A stretch of 64,000 bases of DNA from an uncultured Pelagibacteraceae bacterium (lineage in GTDB: Bacteria; Pseudomonadota; Alphaproteobacteria; Pelagibacterales; Pelagibacteraceae). Below the pieces are notes generated by a model. The model worked only from the letters and a program-made list of their open reading frames with translations. It made no database searches and had not been told where the DNA came from. A program made the translations under genes and the position numbers. Below, in pieces: positions 53,305-62,667 of the stretch (positions are counted from its first letter, which is position 1; each line of letters starts with the position of its first letter). Where the stretch lies: the NCBI GenBank assembly GCA_902581775.1, contig CACHPJ010000001.1, forward strand, positions 90,715 through 154,714, written 5' to 3'.

Positions 53305-53957
53305 ATAAGTGCAGTTTTGTTCCTAATATATTTATCAATTTCTTTTTTTAATTCTTTTTCTTTATCTTTAAAAAAATGATTTGCATTATTTATTTTAGAA
53401 AATATTACTTCAATGCCTTTTTGACTTTTAATTCTTCTATCTAATTCATCTATACTTTCTTTGGTAACTAATTCGTCAGAGTCACTATAAATTACTTGTC
53501 CTGATGTTGGGCATGGAGCTAAGAAAGAAAAATCATATACATTAGGTTGTGGAGAAATCGCAATAAAGTTATTAACTTCTGGTCTCCTCATAATTAGTTG
53601 CATACATATTAAAGCTCCAAAAGAAAAACCAGAAACCCAACACTGGCTATAGTCTAAGTTTTCTCTTTCAATCCAATCAAGAGCAGCTGCAGCGTCTGAT
53701 AATTCACCTTGACCGTTATCGAAAACTCCATCACTTTTACCCACTCCTCTAAAATTTATTTTAATTACTGAAAAACCATTATCTAAAAAAATATTATATA
53801 TTAATTGAACAATTCTATTATTCATGGATCCTCCATATTGTGGGTGAGGTTGTAATACTATAGCAACTGGAGAGCCAAATTTTGGATTTTTATAATATTT
53901 AGCTTCAAGCCTTCCAGCTGGACCAGGAATAAAAACTTCAGAGCTTTTTGGTTTCAT
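53301..53957 (-). CDS. Alpha/beta hydrolase conserved next to suf operons
   Basis: GPAGRLE, PHPQYGGSMNN, NFRGVGKS, GFSFG nucleophile, ANHFF. Confidence 0.9.
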   Translation of the reverse strand: MKPKSSEVFIPGPAGRLEAKYYKNPKFGSPVAIVLQPHPQYGGSMNNRIVQLIYNIFLDNGFSVIKINFRGVGKSDGVFDNGQGELSDAAAALDWIERENLDYSQCWVSGFSFGALICMQLIMRRPEVNNFIAISPQPNVYDFSFLAPCPTSGQVIYSDSDELVTKESIDELDRRIKSQKGIEVIFSKINNANHFFKDKEKELKKEIDKYIRNKTALI

Positions 53958-54036
53958 AGATTAATAATGATTATTATTTACAAAAAAAAAATAGATTTAT
54001 AGCATGTTTTATACGCGACAAATTTTTTTTTTTAAA

Positions 54037-54055
54037 TCTTACTAATTTAGTAGGA
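54037..54055. promoter_or_regulatory. Inverted repeat, candidate IscR/Rrf2 operator
   Basis: TCTTACTAA-T-TTAGTAGGA (9-1-9, one mismatch) 34 nt upstream of iscR; resembles the type-1 IscR core ACTRWWWYAGT. Confidence 0.65.
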
Positions 54056-54089
54056 ATTAGCTAATTATTGTTGTATTACAACGCTAATT

Positions 54090-54506
54090 ATGAAACTCAC
54101 AACAAAAGGAAGATACGCTGTGATGGCCATGGCTGATCTAGCTTTATTTTCAAAAGAGAAACCTGTTAGTCTTAACGAAATTTCACTTAGACAAAATATT
54201 TCTCTACCTTATTTAGAACAACTATTTGTTCAACTTAAAAATAAAAAACTTGTTAAAGGACTGCGAGGCTCAACGGGGGGGTATTTATTAGAAAAACCAT
54301 CAAATGAAATAAATATTTCCAATATAATAGACGCTGTCAATGAGGAAGTAAAAACATTGAATTGTAAAAAAGATTCAAAACGTGGTTGTAATAATAAATC
54401 ATCAAAATGCATTGCTCACAATTTGTGGGATAAACTTGACAACCATATAAATAATTTTTTTATAAGCATAAAATTATCGGATCTCGTCGAGAAAAAACTG
54501 GATTAA
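54090..54506 (+). CDS. iscR: Rrf2-family regulator, IscR-like
   Basis: MKLTTKGRYAV, ISLPYLEQLF, RG..GGY, C-x7-C-x6-C-x2-H cluster ligands. Confidence 0.9.
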   Translation: MKLTTKGRYAVMAMADLALFSKEKPVSLNEISLRQNISLPYLEQLFVQLKNKKLVKGLRGSTGGYLLEKPSNEINISNIIDAVNEEVKTLNCKKDSKRGCNNKSSKCIAHNLWDKLDNHINNFFISIKLSDLVEKKLD

Positions 54507-55943
54507 ATGAGCAAAGAAAACATTAAAACAAATCAGGAATATAAGTATGGTTTTGAAACTAAAATTGATAGTTTTAAAGCACCAAAAGGTCTATCCGAAG
54601 ATACTATTAAATTTATTTCTAAAATTAAGAAAGAGCCTAAATGGTTATTAGAGTGGAGACTTAAGGCCTTTTCAAGATTAAATAAGTTAAAAGAGCCTAA
54701 TTGGCAAAAACCAAAATATCCTAAAATTAATTATCAAGATCTATACTATTATTCTTCACCTAAAAGCATGAAAGACAAACCGAAGAGTTTAGACGAAGTT
54801 GATCCAAAACTTTTGGAAACTTATAAAAAGTTAGGTATCCCACTCAATGAACAAAAAAAATTAAGTGGAGTTGCAGTTGATGCAGTTTTCGACTCTGTTT
54901 CAGTTGCAACTACTTTTAAAGACGAGCTAACAAAAAAAGGTATTATTTTTTGCTCAATTTCAGAAGCAATTCAAAAACATCCTGACTTAGTAAAAAAATA
55001 TCTGGGATCAGTAATACCCTTAACAGATCATTATTTTGCTACTTTAAACTCAGCAGTTTTTACCGATGGATCTTTTGTCTATATACCCCCAAATGTAAGA
55101 TGCCCAATGGAATTATCTACATACTTTAGGATTAACGCATCAGAGACAGGTCAATTCGAGAGGACTTTAATTATTGCTGATAAAGGTAGCTATGTAAGCT
55201 ATCTTGAAGGTTGCACAGCTCCAATGAGAGATGAAAATCAATTACACGCAGCAAACGTAGAATTGGTTGCGCTTGATGACGCCGAGATCAAATACTCGAC
55301 TGTACAAAACTGGTATCCTGGAGATGAAAATGGAGTAGGAGGTATCTACAATTTTGTAACAAAAAGAGGTGCGTGTCGGGGAAAAAATTCTAAAATTTCT
55401 TGGACACAAGTAGAAACAGGCTCAGCTATAACTTGGAAATATCCAAGCTGTATATTACAAGGAGATAATTCAGTCGGTGAGTTTTATTCTATAGCGATAA
55501 CAAACAATCATCAGAAAGCAGACACAGGAACCAAAATGATACATCTTGGAAAAAATACAAAAAGTAAAATAATTTCTAAAGGAATTTCAGCAGGTAAAGC
55601 AGATAATACTTACCGAGGATTAGTAGATATAGGAAAAAAAGCACAAAATTCCAGAAACTATACTCAGTGCGACTCATTGTTGATGGGAAACAAGTGTGGA
55701 GCTCATACTATTCCATATATAAAAAATAAGAACTCAACCTCAACAGTAGAGCATGAAGCAACGACATCAAAAATTAATGAAGAACAATTATTTTATTGCA
55801 ATCAAAGAGGTTTAGACCAAGAAGAAGCAGTTAGTTTAATAGTCAATGGATTTTGTAAAGAGGTTTTACAACAATTACCCATGGAATTCGCAGTGGAGGC
55901 TCAGAAATTAGTAGGAATTAGCTTAGAAGGTAGTGTTGGATAA
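54507..55943 (+). CDS. sufB: Fe-S assembly protein SufB
   Basis: [46 protein letters not shown]. Confidence 0.98.
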   Translation: MSKENIKTNQEYKYGFETKIDSFKAPKGLSEDTIKFISKIKKEPKWLLEWRLKAFSRLNKLKEPNWQKPKYPKINYQDLYYYSSPKSMKDKPKSLDEVDPKLLETYKKLGIPLNEQKKLSGVAVDAVFDSVSVATTFKDELTKKGIIFCSISEAIQKHPDLVKKYLGSVIPLTDHYFATLNSAVFTDGSFVYIPPNVRCPMELSTYFRINASETGQFERTLIIADKGSYVSYLEGCTAPMRDENQLHAANVELVALDDAEIKYSTVQNWYPGDENGVGGIYNFVTKRGACRGKNSKISWTQVETGSAITWKYPSCILQGDNSVGEFYSIAITNNHQKADTGTKMIHLGKNTKSKIISKGISAGKADNTYRGLVDIGKKAQNSRNYTQCDSLLMGNKCGAHTIPYIKNKNSTSTVEHEATTSKINEEQLFYCNQRGLDQEEAVSLIVNGFCKEVLQQLPMEFAVEAQKLVGISLEGSVG

Positions 55944-56677
55944 TGTTGCAAATTAAAAATTTAAAAGCCTCCATAAATAAAAAAAATATTTTGAAAGGCT
56001 TAGATATTTCTATAAATCCTGGAGAACTTCATGCAATTATGGGTCCAAACGGATCAGGTAAAAGCACTTTGGCCAATGTTTTATCTGGAAAGAGTGGTTA
56101 TGAGATTTCTGGGGAAATTAAATATAAAGGTAAAGATCTCTCAGAATTAAAAGTTGATGAAAGAGCACAAAATGGCATTTTTTTAGCTTTTCAATATCCC
56201 ACTGAAATACCTGGGGTAAATACAAATAATTTCCTTAGAACTTCATTAAACAAGGTTAGAAAAGCCAGGGGAGAAAAGGCTCTAGATGCCTTATCGTTTT
56301 TGAAACTCATGAAAGAAAAAGCATCAGAACTTGGGATAGAAGAAAAAATGCTTTCAAGACAATTGAATGTCGGTTTTTCCGGAGGTGAAAAGAAAAAAAA
56401 TGAAATCCTTCAAATGAAAATTTTAAATCCTAATTTAGTTGTTTTAGATGAGACTGATTCTGGTCTTGATATTGATGCATTAAAGATAATAGCTGATGGC
56501 GTAAACTCGTTTAGAGATAAAGCAAATTCATTTCTTGTTATTACACATTATCAGAGGCTTTTAGATTATATTAAACCAGATTTCGTTCATGTGCTTTCCG
56601 ATGGTAAAATTATTAAATCTGGTTCTATTGAACTTGCAAAAGAATTAGAAAAAACAGGATATAAAAACATTATTTAA
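55943..56677 (+). CDS. sufC: Fe-S assembly ATPase SufC
   Basis: GPNGSGKST, LAFQYP.EIPGV, FSGGEKKKNE, LDETDSGLDID, ITHYQRLL. Confidence 0.98.
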   Translation: MLQIKNLKASINKKNILKGLDISINPGELHAIMGPNGSGKSTLANVLSGKSGYEISGEIKYKGKDLSELKVDERAQNGIFLAFQYPTEIPGVNTNNFLRTSLNKVRKARGEKALDALSFLKLMKEKASELGIEEKMLSRQLNVGFSGGEKKKNEILQMKILNPNLVVLDETDSGLDIDALKIIADGVNSFRDKANSFLVITHYQRLLDYIKPDFVHVLSDGKIIKSGSIELAKELEKTGYKNII

Positions 56678-56678
56678 A

Positions 56679-57929
56679 ATGATTCAAAATTTTCAAATTA
56701 AAAATAGTGTAATAGATCAAATTAAAGAAATAAGCCTAGAAGAAAAAAAATTTAGGCTTAAGAATTTGGATGTTTTTAATAATGAGGGTTTTCCCAATAA
56801 TAAAAATGAGGAATGGAAATTTACAAATATAGATAAAATAATTAAAACAAATTTTAAAAAGTTAATTTTAAAAAAAGATATCAATGAGTTAAAAAAATTT
56901 GATTTAATAACAAATTTTGAACACAACTATATCATTTTAGTAAATGGAAGATTGAAATCTTTCAATTTAGATTTTGAAGAAAAAAATGAAGTTAATATAT
57001 CAACTTTCAAAAATAATAATTTTGATTTTAAAAAAAATAATACTTTAATAAATTTAAACAATGCACTTTATAATGAAGGTTTTTCAATAAAAGTAAATGA
57101 TAATTATAAAATGAAAAAATCAATTATCATTTATAATTTTTTTACGAAGGAGTTAAAAGAAAATATGATAAATATAAAGAATAAAGTTATTTTAGGAAAA
57201 AATTCTGAGCTTCATTTGATTGAATATAATATTAACAATTCAAAAGAAAAATTTTTTAATAACACTTATGAATCAGTTTTTTTAGATAAACATGCCGTGT
57301 ACAAAACTATAAGTATTAATGAAAATAGAAGTGAGGGTTTTTTTCATAAATTTTCATCTAATACACTTTTATCGAACACTAATTATACTGCTTATATTTT
57401 TCCTGCTGGTTTAAAATTTAATAAGGTTGATTTAGAGTTTAATCTTGAAGGAGAAAATATAGATTGTAGTTTACAATCAGCTTCTTTTTTAAAAAAAGAC
57501 GAACATCAAGAAATTAGAACTAAAATAAACCATTTATTTCCAAATTGTAAGAGTTATCAAAAAGTTAAAAATGTTTTAAGCCTTAACAGCAAAGGAGTTT
57601 TTCAAGGAAAAATCTTTGTTAAAGATAAGGCACAAAAAACTAATGCTTATCAACTTGGAAAAGCCATGCTTTTAAACGATGAGTCAGAATTCAACTCAAA
57701 ACCTGAATTAGAGATTTATGCTGATGATGTAAAATGTACTCACGGATCCACTTCCGGAAGTCTTGATGAGAACGCTATTTATTATTTAATGACCAGGGGT
57801 TTAAATAGAAAAGAGTCAACAAGTTTACTTATAGATGCCTTCTTAAATGAAATAATCAGCACCATTAAAAGTAAATCTATAAAAGAATTTATTAAATTAA
57901 AATTTGAAAAACAAATTTATGGACATTAA
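56679..57929 (+). CDS. sufD: Fe-S assembly protein SufD
   Basis: EEWKFT, VFQGKI, KPELEIYADDVKCTHG, YLMTRG. Confidence 0.95.
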   Translation: MIQNFQIKNSVIDQIKEISLEEKKFRLKNLDVFNNEGFPNNKNEEWKFTNIDKIIKTNFKKLILKKDINELKKFDLITNFEHNYIILVNGRLKSFNLDFEEKNEVNISTFKNNNFDFKKNNTLINLNNALYNEGFSIKVNDNYKMKKSIIIYNFFTKELKENMINIKNKVILGKNSELHLIEYNINNSKEKFFNNTYESVFLDKHAVYKTISINENRSEGFFHKFSSNTLLSNTNYTAYIFPAGLKFNKVDLEFNLEGENIDCSLQSASFLKKDEHQEIRTKINHLFPNCKSYQKVKNVLSLNSKGVFQGKIFVKDKAQKTNAYQLGKAMLLNDESEFNSKPELEIYADDVKCTHGSTSGSLDENAIYYLMTRGLNRKESTSLLIDAFLNEIISTIKSKSIKEFIKLKFEKQIYGH

Positions 57930-59136
57930 GTCAATTAAATCTCAGTTTCCTATTTTTAAAAAAAAAATAAATGGTAACCCATTAGTTTATTTAGATAGCG
58001 CAAATTCTTCTCAAAAACCAAAAGCTGTGATTAACAGAATGTCTCATTTTTATGAAAATGAATTTTCAAATGTAGGAAGAAGTGTCCACACCCTAGCCGT
58101 TACAGCAACGAATAGATTTGAGGAAACCAGAGATATTATAAAAGATTTTATTAATGCTAAATATAGAGAGGAAATTGTATTTACTAAAGGTGCAACAGAG
58201 TCCATTAATTTAATTGCAAATTCTTACGGTGATAAATTCATGAATGAAGGAGATGAAATAATTTTGACTGAGCTTGAGCATCATTCAAATTATGTTCCTT
58301 GGCATTATCTTAGAAGTAAAAAAAAAGCTGTTATTAAATTCGCTAAAGTCAACGAAAACTTAGAAATAAAAGTTGATGAAATAAAAAGATTAATTTCCAA
58401 TAAAACAAAAATGATTGCTCTTACACATATTTCAAACGTGACTGGAGGGATAAGTCCACTTAAAGAAATTATTGATTTAGCTAATTCAAAAAAAATTCCA
58501 GTATTGATAGATGGAACTCAAGGTGCTCCACATTTAAAACTTGATATGCAAAAAATAGGTTGTGATTTTTATGTTATTTCTTGTCACAAAATGTATGGAC
58601 CGAATGGTCTAGGAATACTTTACGGAAAAAAAAAGTGGTTAGACCTTTTACCTCCTTATCAAGGAGGTGGTGGAATGATCGATGAGGTAAAAAAAAACAC
58701 TATCTCATTTGCAGAAACTCCAACAAAATTTGAAGCCGGAACAATGCAAACAGCAGAAGTGGTGGCTATGAGCGAGGCAATTAAATTTGTTAAGACAATT
58801 GGATTAGATAGAATTTCTGATCATGAAAATAAAGTTTTAAATTATGCTATAGAAAAATTAAAAAAAAATAATTCTGTGAAATTGATAGGAAATCCAGAAA
58901 ACAAAGCTTCAGTAATCTCATTTACAATTAAAGGAATACATCCACACGATATTGCTACAATTCTTGACGAAGACGGGGTAGCAATTAGGGCTGGACACCA
59001 CTGTTGTCAGATTTTGCACGAGAAGCTTGGTGTGCCTGCAACAGCAAGAGCTTCTTTAGGTGTTTATAACACTAAAGAAGATATTGATGTTTTAGACTCA
59101 GCAATTAAAAAATGTAGAAAGGTTTTTAATATTTAA
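57919..59136 (+). CDS. sufS: Cysteine desulfurase SufS
   Basis: LVYLDSA, EHHSN, SCHKMYGP, FEAGT, RAGHHC; start placed at ATG 57919. Confidence 0.96.
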   Translation: MDIKSIKSQFPIFKKKINGNPLVYLDSANSSQKPKAVINRMSHFYENEFSNVGRSVHTLAVTATNRFEETRDIIKDFINAKYREEIVFTKGATESINLIANSYGDKFMNEGDEIILTELEHHSNYVPWHYLRSKKKAVIKFAKVNENLEIKVDEIKRLISNKTKMIALTHISNVTGGISPLKEIIDLANSKKIPVLIDGTQGAPHLKLDMQKIGCDFYVISCHKMYGPNGLGILYGKKKWLDLLPPYQGGGGMIDEVKKNTISFAETPTKFEAGTMQTAEVVAMSEAIKFVKTIGLDRISDHENKVLNYAIEKLKKNNSVKLIGNPENKASVISFTIKGIHPHDIATILDEDGVAIRAGHHCCQILHEKLGVPATARASLGVYNTKEDIDVLDSAIKKCRKVFNI

Positions 59137-59603
59137 TGGATTTAAAAGAACTTTACCAAGAAATTATTTTGGATCACGGAAAAAACCCAAGAAATAAAAA
59201 AATATGCAATGGGTTTAATAAAGATGCTAAAGGCCACAATCCTTTATGCGGAGATAAAGTGCATATTTACTTAAAGACTGATCAAAATAAAAAAGTTGAG
59301 GATATATCCTTTGAAGGAGAGGGTTGTGCTATATCAATAGCATCAGCTTCTATACTAACAGAGATAATAAAAGGAAAAGAGCATACATTAGCAAAAAAAA
59401 TTTTAGAAGATTTTTTGAAAATGTTAAAAGATGGATCTAAATTTCAACTAAATAGTTTAGAAGAAAATGAAAAAATATCTATGATGTCTTTGTCAGGAGT
59501 TAAAAAATTCCCTATGAGAGTAAAATGTGCCTCATTAGCATGGCACACTTTTATTCATGCGTTAGAAGAAAAAAAAACAAAAGTAAACACTGAAAAGGCT
59601 TAA
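59136..59603 (+). CDS. sufU: SufU (SUF-system NifU-like sulfur transfer protein)
   Basis: LYQEIILDH...PRN, NPLCGD, GCAIS.AS, RVKCA.LAW. Confidence 0.9.
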   Translation: MDLKELYQEIILDHGKNPRNKKICNGFNKDAKGHNPLCGDKVHIYLKTDQNKKVEDISFEGEGCAISIASASILTEIIKGKEHTLAKKILEDFLKMLKDGSKFQLNSLEENEKISMMSLSGVKKFPMRVKCASLAWHTFIHALEEKKTKVNTEKA

Positions 59604-59604
59604 A

Positions 59605-59907
59605 ATGGGTGATCTAAAAGAAGAAGTTATTAAAAAAATAAAAACAATATACGATCCTGAAATTCCAGTGAACATTTATGACTTAGGTCTAATATATAAA
59701 ATAGAAGTTATTTCAGATAATAAGGTAAATATTGATATGACTTTAACTTCTCCCAACTGTCCAGTAGCAGAAAGCTTGCCAAAAAGCGTGAAAAAGAATA
59801 TTCTGGAAATTAAAGATGTTTCAGAAGTGAATTTGCAATTGGTTTGGGATCCACCCTGGGACAAAACAAAAATGTCTGAAACAGCTAAATTAGAATTAAA
59901 TTTATGA
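59605..59907 (+). CDS. sufT: DUF59 / SufT protein
   Basis: YDPEIPVNIYDLGLIY, TLTSPNCP, WDPPW. Confidence 0.9.
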   Translation: MGDLKEEVIKKIKTIYDPEIPVNIYDLGLIYKIEVISDNKVNIDMTLTSPNCPVAESLPKSVKKNILEIKDVSEVNLQLVWDPPWDKTKMSETAKLELNL

Positions 59908-60239
59908 GCAAACAAATTATTAAATTAACTGAAAACGCAGCGTCAAGAATAAAAGAAATTATGTCCTCAGCAGATAAATCTGCAATAGGAGTGCGTGTTG
60001 GAGTTACCTCAGGAGGCTGTGCAGGTATGAGCTATATGATGGAGTACGCGAAAGAAATTAAACCTAATGAAGAAGTTGTAGAAGATAAAGGGGTTAAAGT
60101 TTTAATAGATCCAAAAGCAATTATATATCTATTAGGAACAGAAATGGATTTTAAAAAAGAAAAATTTTCTTCTCAATTTATTTTTAAAAATCCAAACGAA
60201 ACTGAAAGATGTGGCTGCGGAGAGTCTTTCAAAGTTTAA
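59904..60239 (+). CDS. sufA: A-type Fe-S carrier
   Basis: GGCAGMSY, NPN....CGCGESF. Confidence 0.93.
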   Translation: MSKQIIKLTENAASRIKEIMSSADKSAIGVRVGVTSGGCAGMSYMMEYAKEIKPNEEVVEDKGVKVLIDPKAIIYLLGTEMDFKKEKFSSQFIFKNPNETERCGCGESFKV

Positions 60240-60248
60240 ATTAAAAAT

Positions 60249-61655
60249 TTATTGGCTGTAATACATTTCGAATTCTATAGGATGAGGTGTATGCTCAAAC
60301 TTGTAAATTTCTTGAAACTTCAAATCAATATAGGCATCTATTTGATCATCCGTAAAAACACCACCAGCTGTTAAAAATTTTCTATCTTTATCTAAAGACT
60401 CCATTGCTTCTCTAAGTGATCCACACACTGTAGGTATTTTTTTTACTTCTTTTTCAGACAAAGTATATAAATCTTTGTCAAGAGACTTGCCTGGATCTAT
60501 TTTATTTTTGATTCCATCAATACCCGCCATTAACATTGATGCAAAAGTGTAATAAGGATTTCCAGAAGCATCAGGAAACCTAACTTCACACCTAGCAGCT
60601 TTCTTGCTCATAGTTATTGGAATTCTACAAGAGGCTGATCTATTTCTTGCAGAATACGCTAATAAAACCGGAGCTTCGAAACCAGGAATTAATCTTTTAT
60701 AACTATTTGTAGTGGCATTTGAAAAAGCATTAATCGCTTTTGCATGTTTTAAAATTCCACCTATGTAATGTAATGCTGTTTTTGATAAACCTGAGTATTC
60801 ATTACCCATAAAAGTAGGTGTTGAACCTTTCCAAATTGATTGATGACAATGCATACCCGAACCATTATCTCCTTTAACAGGCTTTGGCATAAAAGTTGCT
60901 GTTTTTCCAAAAGAGTGAGTAACCATTTGAACAGCATATTTATACAACTGAACATTATCAGCCATATTTGTTAATGTTCCAAAATACATACCTAGTTCGT
61001 GTTGACTTGGTGCTACTTCATGATGGTGTTTTTCTACTTTGACACCCATATCTTTTAAAGCTTTTAAATATTCGCTTCGCATATCTTGAGCGCTATCAAC
61101 TGGAGGAACTGGGAAGTAACCACCTTTAACTCCTGGACGATGTCCTAAATTACCGTTTTCATATTTTTTACCTGTATTATAAGGACCTTCAGTACTATCT
61201 ATTGCAAAACTAGTTTCATTCATATCATTTTTAAACCTTACGTCATCGAAAACAAAAAATTCAGGCTCTGGTCCAAAATATGCTTTATCGCCTATACCTG
61301 ATTTTTTTAAATAAGCTTCTGCTTTTTTTGCTGTTCCTCTTGGATCTCTTTCATAAGGATCTTTTTTTATTGCATCTAAAACATCACAAAAGATATTTAG
61401 AGTTACATGGGAATTAAAAGGATCAATGATTGGTCTTGAAAGATCAGGTTTTAAAATCATATCAGACTCGTTTATAGCTTTCCAACCCGCTATTGATGAA
61501 CCATCAAAGAAAACACCATCATTAAGCATATCTTCGTCCACAACGGTAGCGTCCATAGTTAAATGTTGTAGCTTTCCTTTGGGATCAGTAAATCTCAGAT
61601 CTACAAACTCAATTTCTTTATCTTTCATCAACTTTTTGGTGTCATTTGCGCTCAT
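60249..61655 (-). CDS. glnA: Glutamine synthetase type I
   Basis: FDGSSI, GPEPEFF, HHHEVA, FMPKP..GDNGSGMH, SYKRL.PGFEAP, NRSAS.RIP, adenylylation-site-like DKDLY. Confidence 0.99.
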   Translation of the reverse strand: MSANDTKKLMKDKEIEFVDLRFTDPKGKLQHLTMDATVVDEDMLNDGVFFDGSSIAGWKAINESDMILKPDLSRPIIDPFNSHVTLNIFCDVLDAIKKDPYERDPRGTAKKAEAYLKKSGIGDKAYFGPEPEFFVFDDVRFKNDMNETSFAIDSTEGPYNTGKKYENGNLGHRPGVKGGYFPVPPVDSAQDMRSEYLKALKDMGVKVEKHHHEVAPSQHELGMYFGTLTNMADNVQLYKYAVQMVTHSFGKTATFMPKPVKGDNGSGMHCHQSIWKGSTPTFMGNEYSGLSKTALHYIGGILKHAKAINAFSNATTNSYKRLIPGFEAPVLLAYSARNRSASCRIPITMSKKAARCEVRFPDASGNPYYTFASMLMAGIDGIKNKIDPGKSLDKDLYTLSEKEVKKIPTVCGSLREAMESLDKDRKFLTAGGVFTDDQIDAYIDLKFQEIYKFEHTPHPIEFEMYYSQ

Positions 61656-61779
61656 CTATAATTTCCTTTGTAAGTTTTACTAAAAACTGTATTAAACATA
61701 GCAGAACAGTAAATTACAATACTATAATTTATGAATATATCTGATATGCAAATTTTACATAATTCAATCTGAGCTTGAA

Positions 61780-62667
61780 ATGAGAGAAGCTAAATCTATA
61801 GACATATTTTTATTAGCACTTCTAGGCCTAATTTGGGGTTCATCTTTCTTTAATATTAAAATTGCCACCTATTCTTACGATCCTTTTACTTTAGCAATGG
61901 TAAGAGTTTTTTTTGCCAGCCTACCTTTATTATTAATTTGTTATTTTAAAAAAATTAGAATTCAAGCTTTCTCAAATGATTGGCACAATTACGCATTGAT
62001 AGGGCTTTGTAATATAACAATCCCTTTTATTTTGATTGCAATAGGAACTGCTAAAATCAATAGTTACCTTGCAGCTATATTAATGAGCACAACTCCTTTA
62101 AGTGGATCAATACTTGCTCACATTTTTTTAAAGGATGAAAAAATTTCATTTTTTAAATCTGTTGGTATAATTATAGGATTTTCAGGTGTGATTTTTCTTT
62201 TTTTGGACAAAGTTGTTTTAAATGAGAGCAATTATTTTTATGCATTAATAACTATTTTAGGATCGACCTTTTATTCCATTGGTGGATTATTAACTTTAAA
62301 AATTAAGAATAAAGGAAACGAAAATGTAACCACTTCTACAACTTTATGGTCATTAATTTTTTTGATACCTCTCTCGTTTTTATTTGAACAACCATGGAAC
62401 TCAAATCCCAGTTTTGTTTCGACTTTATCTCTTGTTTACTTAGGGGTTGTAGCAACTGGATTTGCTTGGTTAATTAGATTTAGAATACTCACTATAAACG
62501 GTTTAGTATTCCAAACACAGGTAGCGTATTTAATACCTATTTTCGGAGTTTTTTTTGGATATTTTCTAATGGATGAAATTATAACTTGGAGAGTCATAAT
62601 TTCTTTGATTATAATCATCTTAGGAATTTATATAGTAAAAAAGAATAATAAAGGAACAATAAGATAA
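61780..62667 (+). CDS. EamA/DMT family transporter
   Basis: About 10 TM in two EamA repeats; IWGSSF, LKDEK, YLIPIFG, MDE. Confidence 0.9.
   Translation: MREAKSIDIFLLALLGLIWGSSFFNIKIATYSYDPFTLAMVRVFFASLPLLLICYFKKIRIQAFSNDWHNYALIGLCNITIPFILIAIGTAKINSYLAAILMSTTPLSGSILAHIFLKDEKISFFKSVGIIIGFSGVIFLFLDKVVLNESNYFYALITILGSTFYSIGGLLTLKIKNKGNENVTTSTTLWSLIFLIPLSFLFEQPWNSNPSFVSTLSLVYLGVVATGFAWLIRFRILTINGLVFQTQVAYLIPIFGVFFGYFLMDEIITWRVIISLIIIILGIYIVKKNNKGTIR

Noticed and set aside
706-62618. About 30 short alternative-frame or antisense ORFs in the track (e.g. 706-942, 4283-4603, 7930-8262, 45409-45717, 60761-60955)
   Set aside because: They lie within or largely overlap well-supported genes, show no recognisable motifs, and look like shadows of the coding strand
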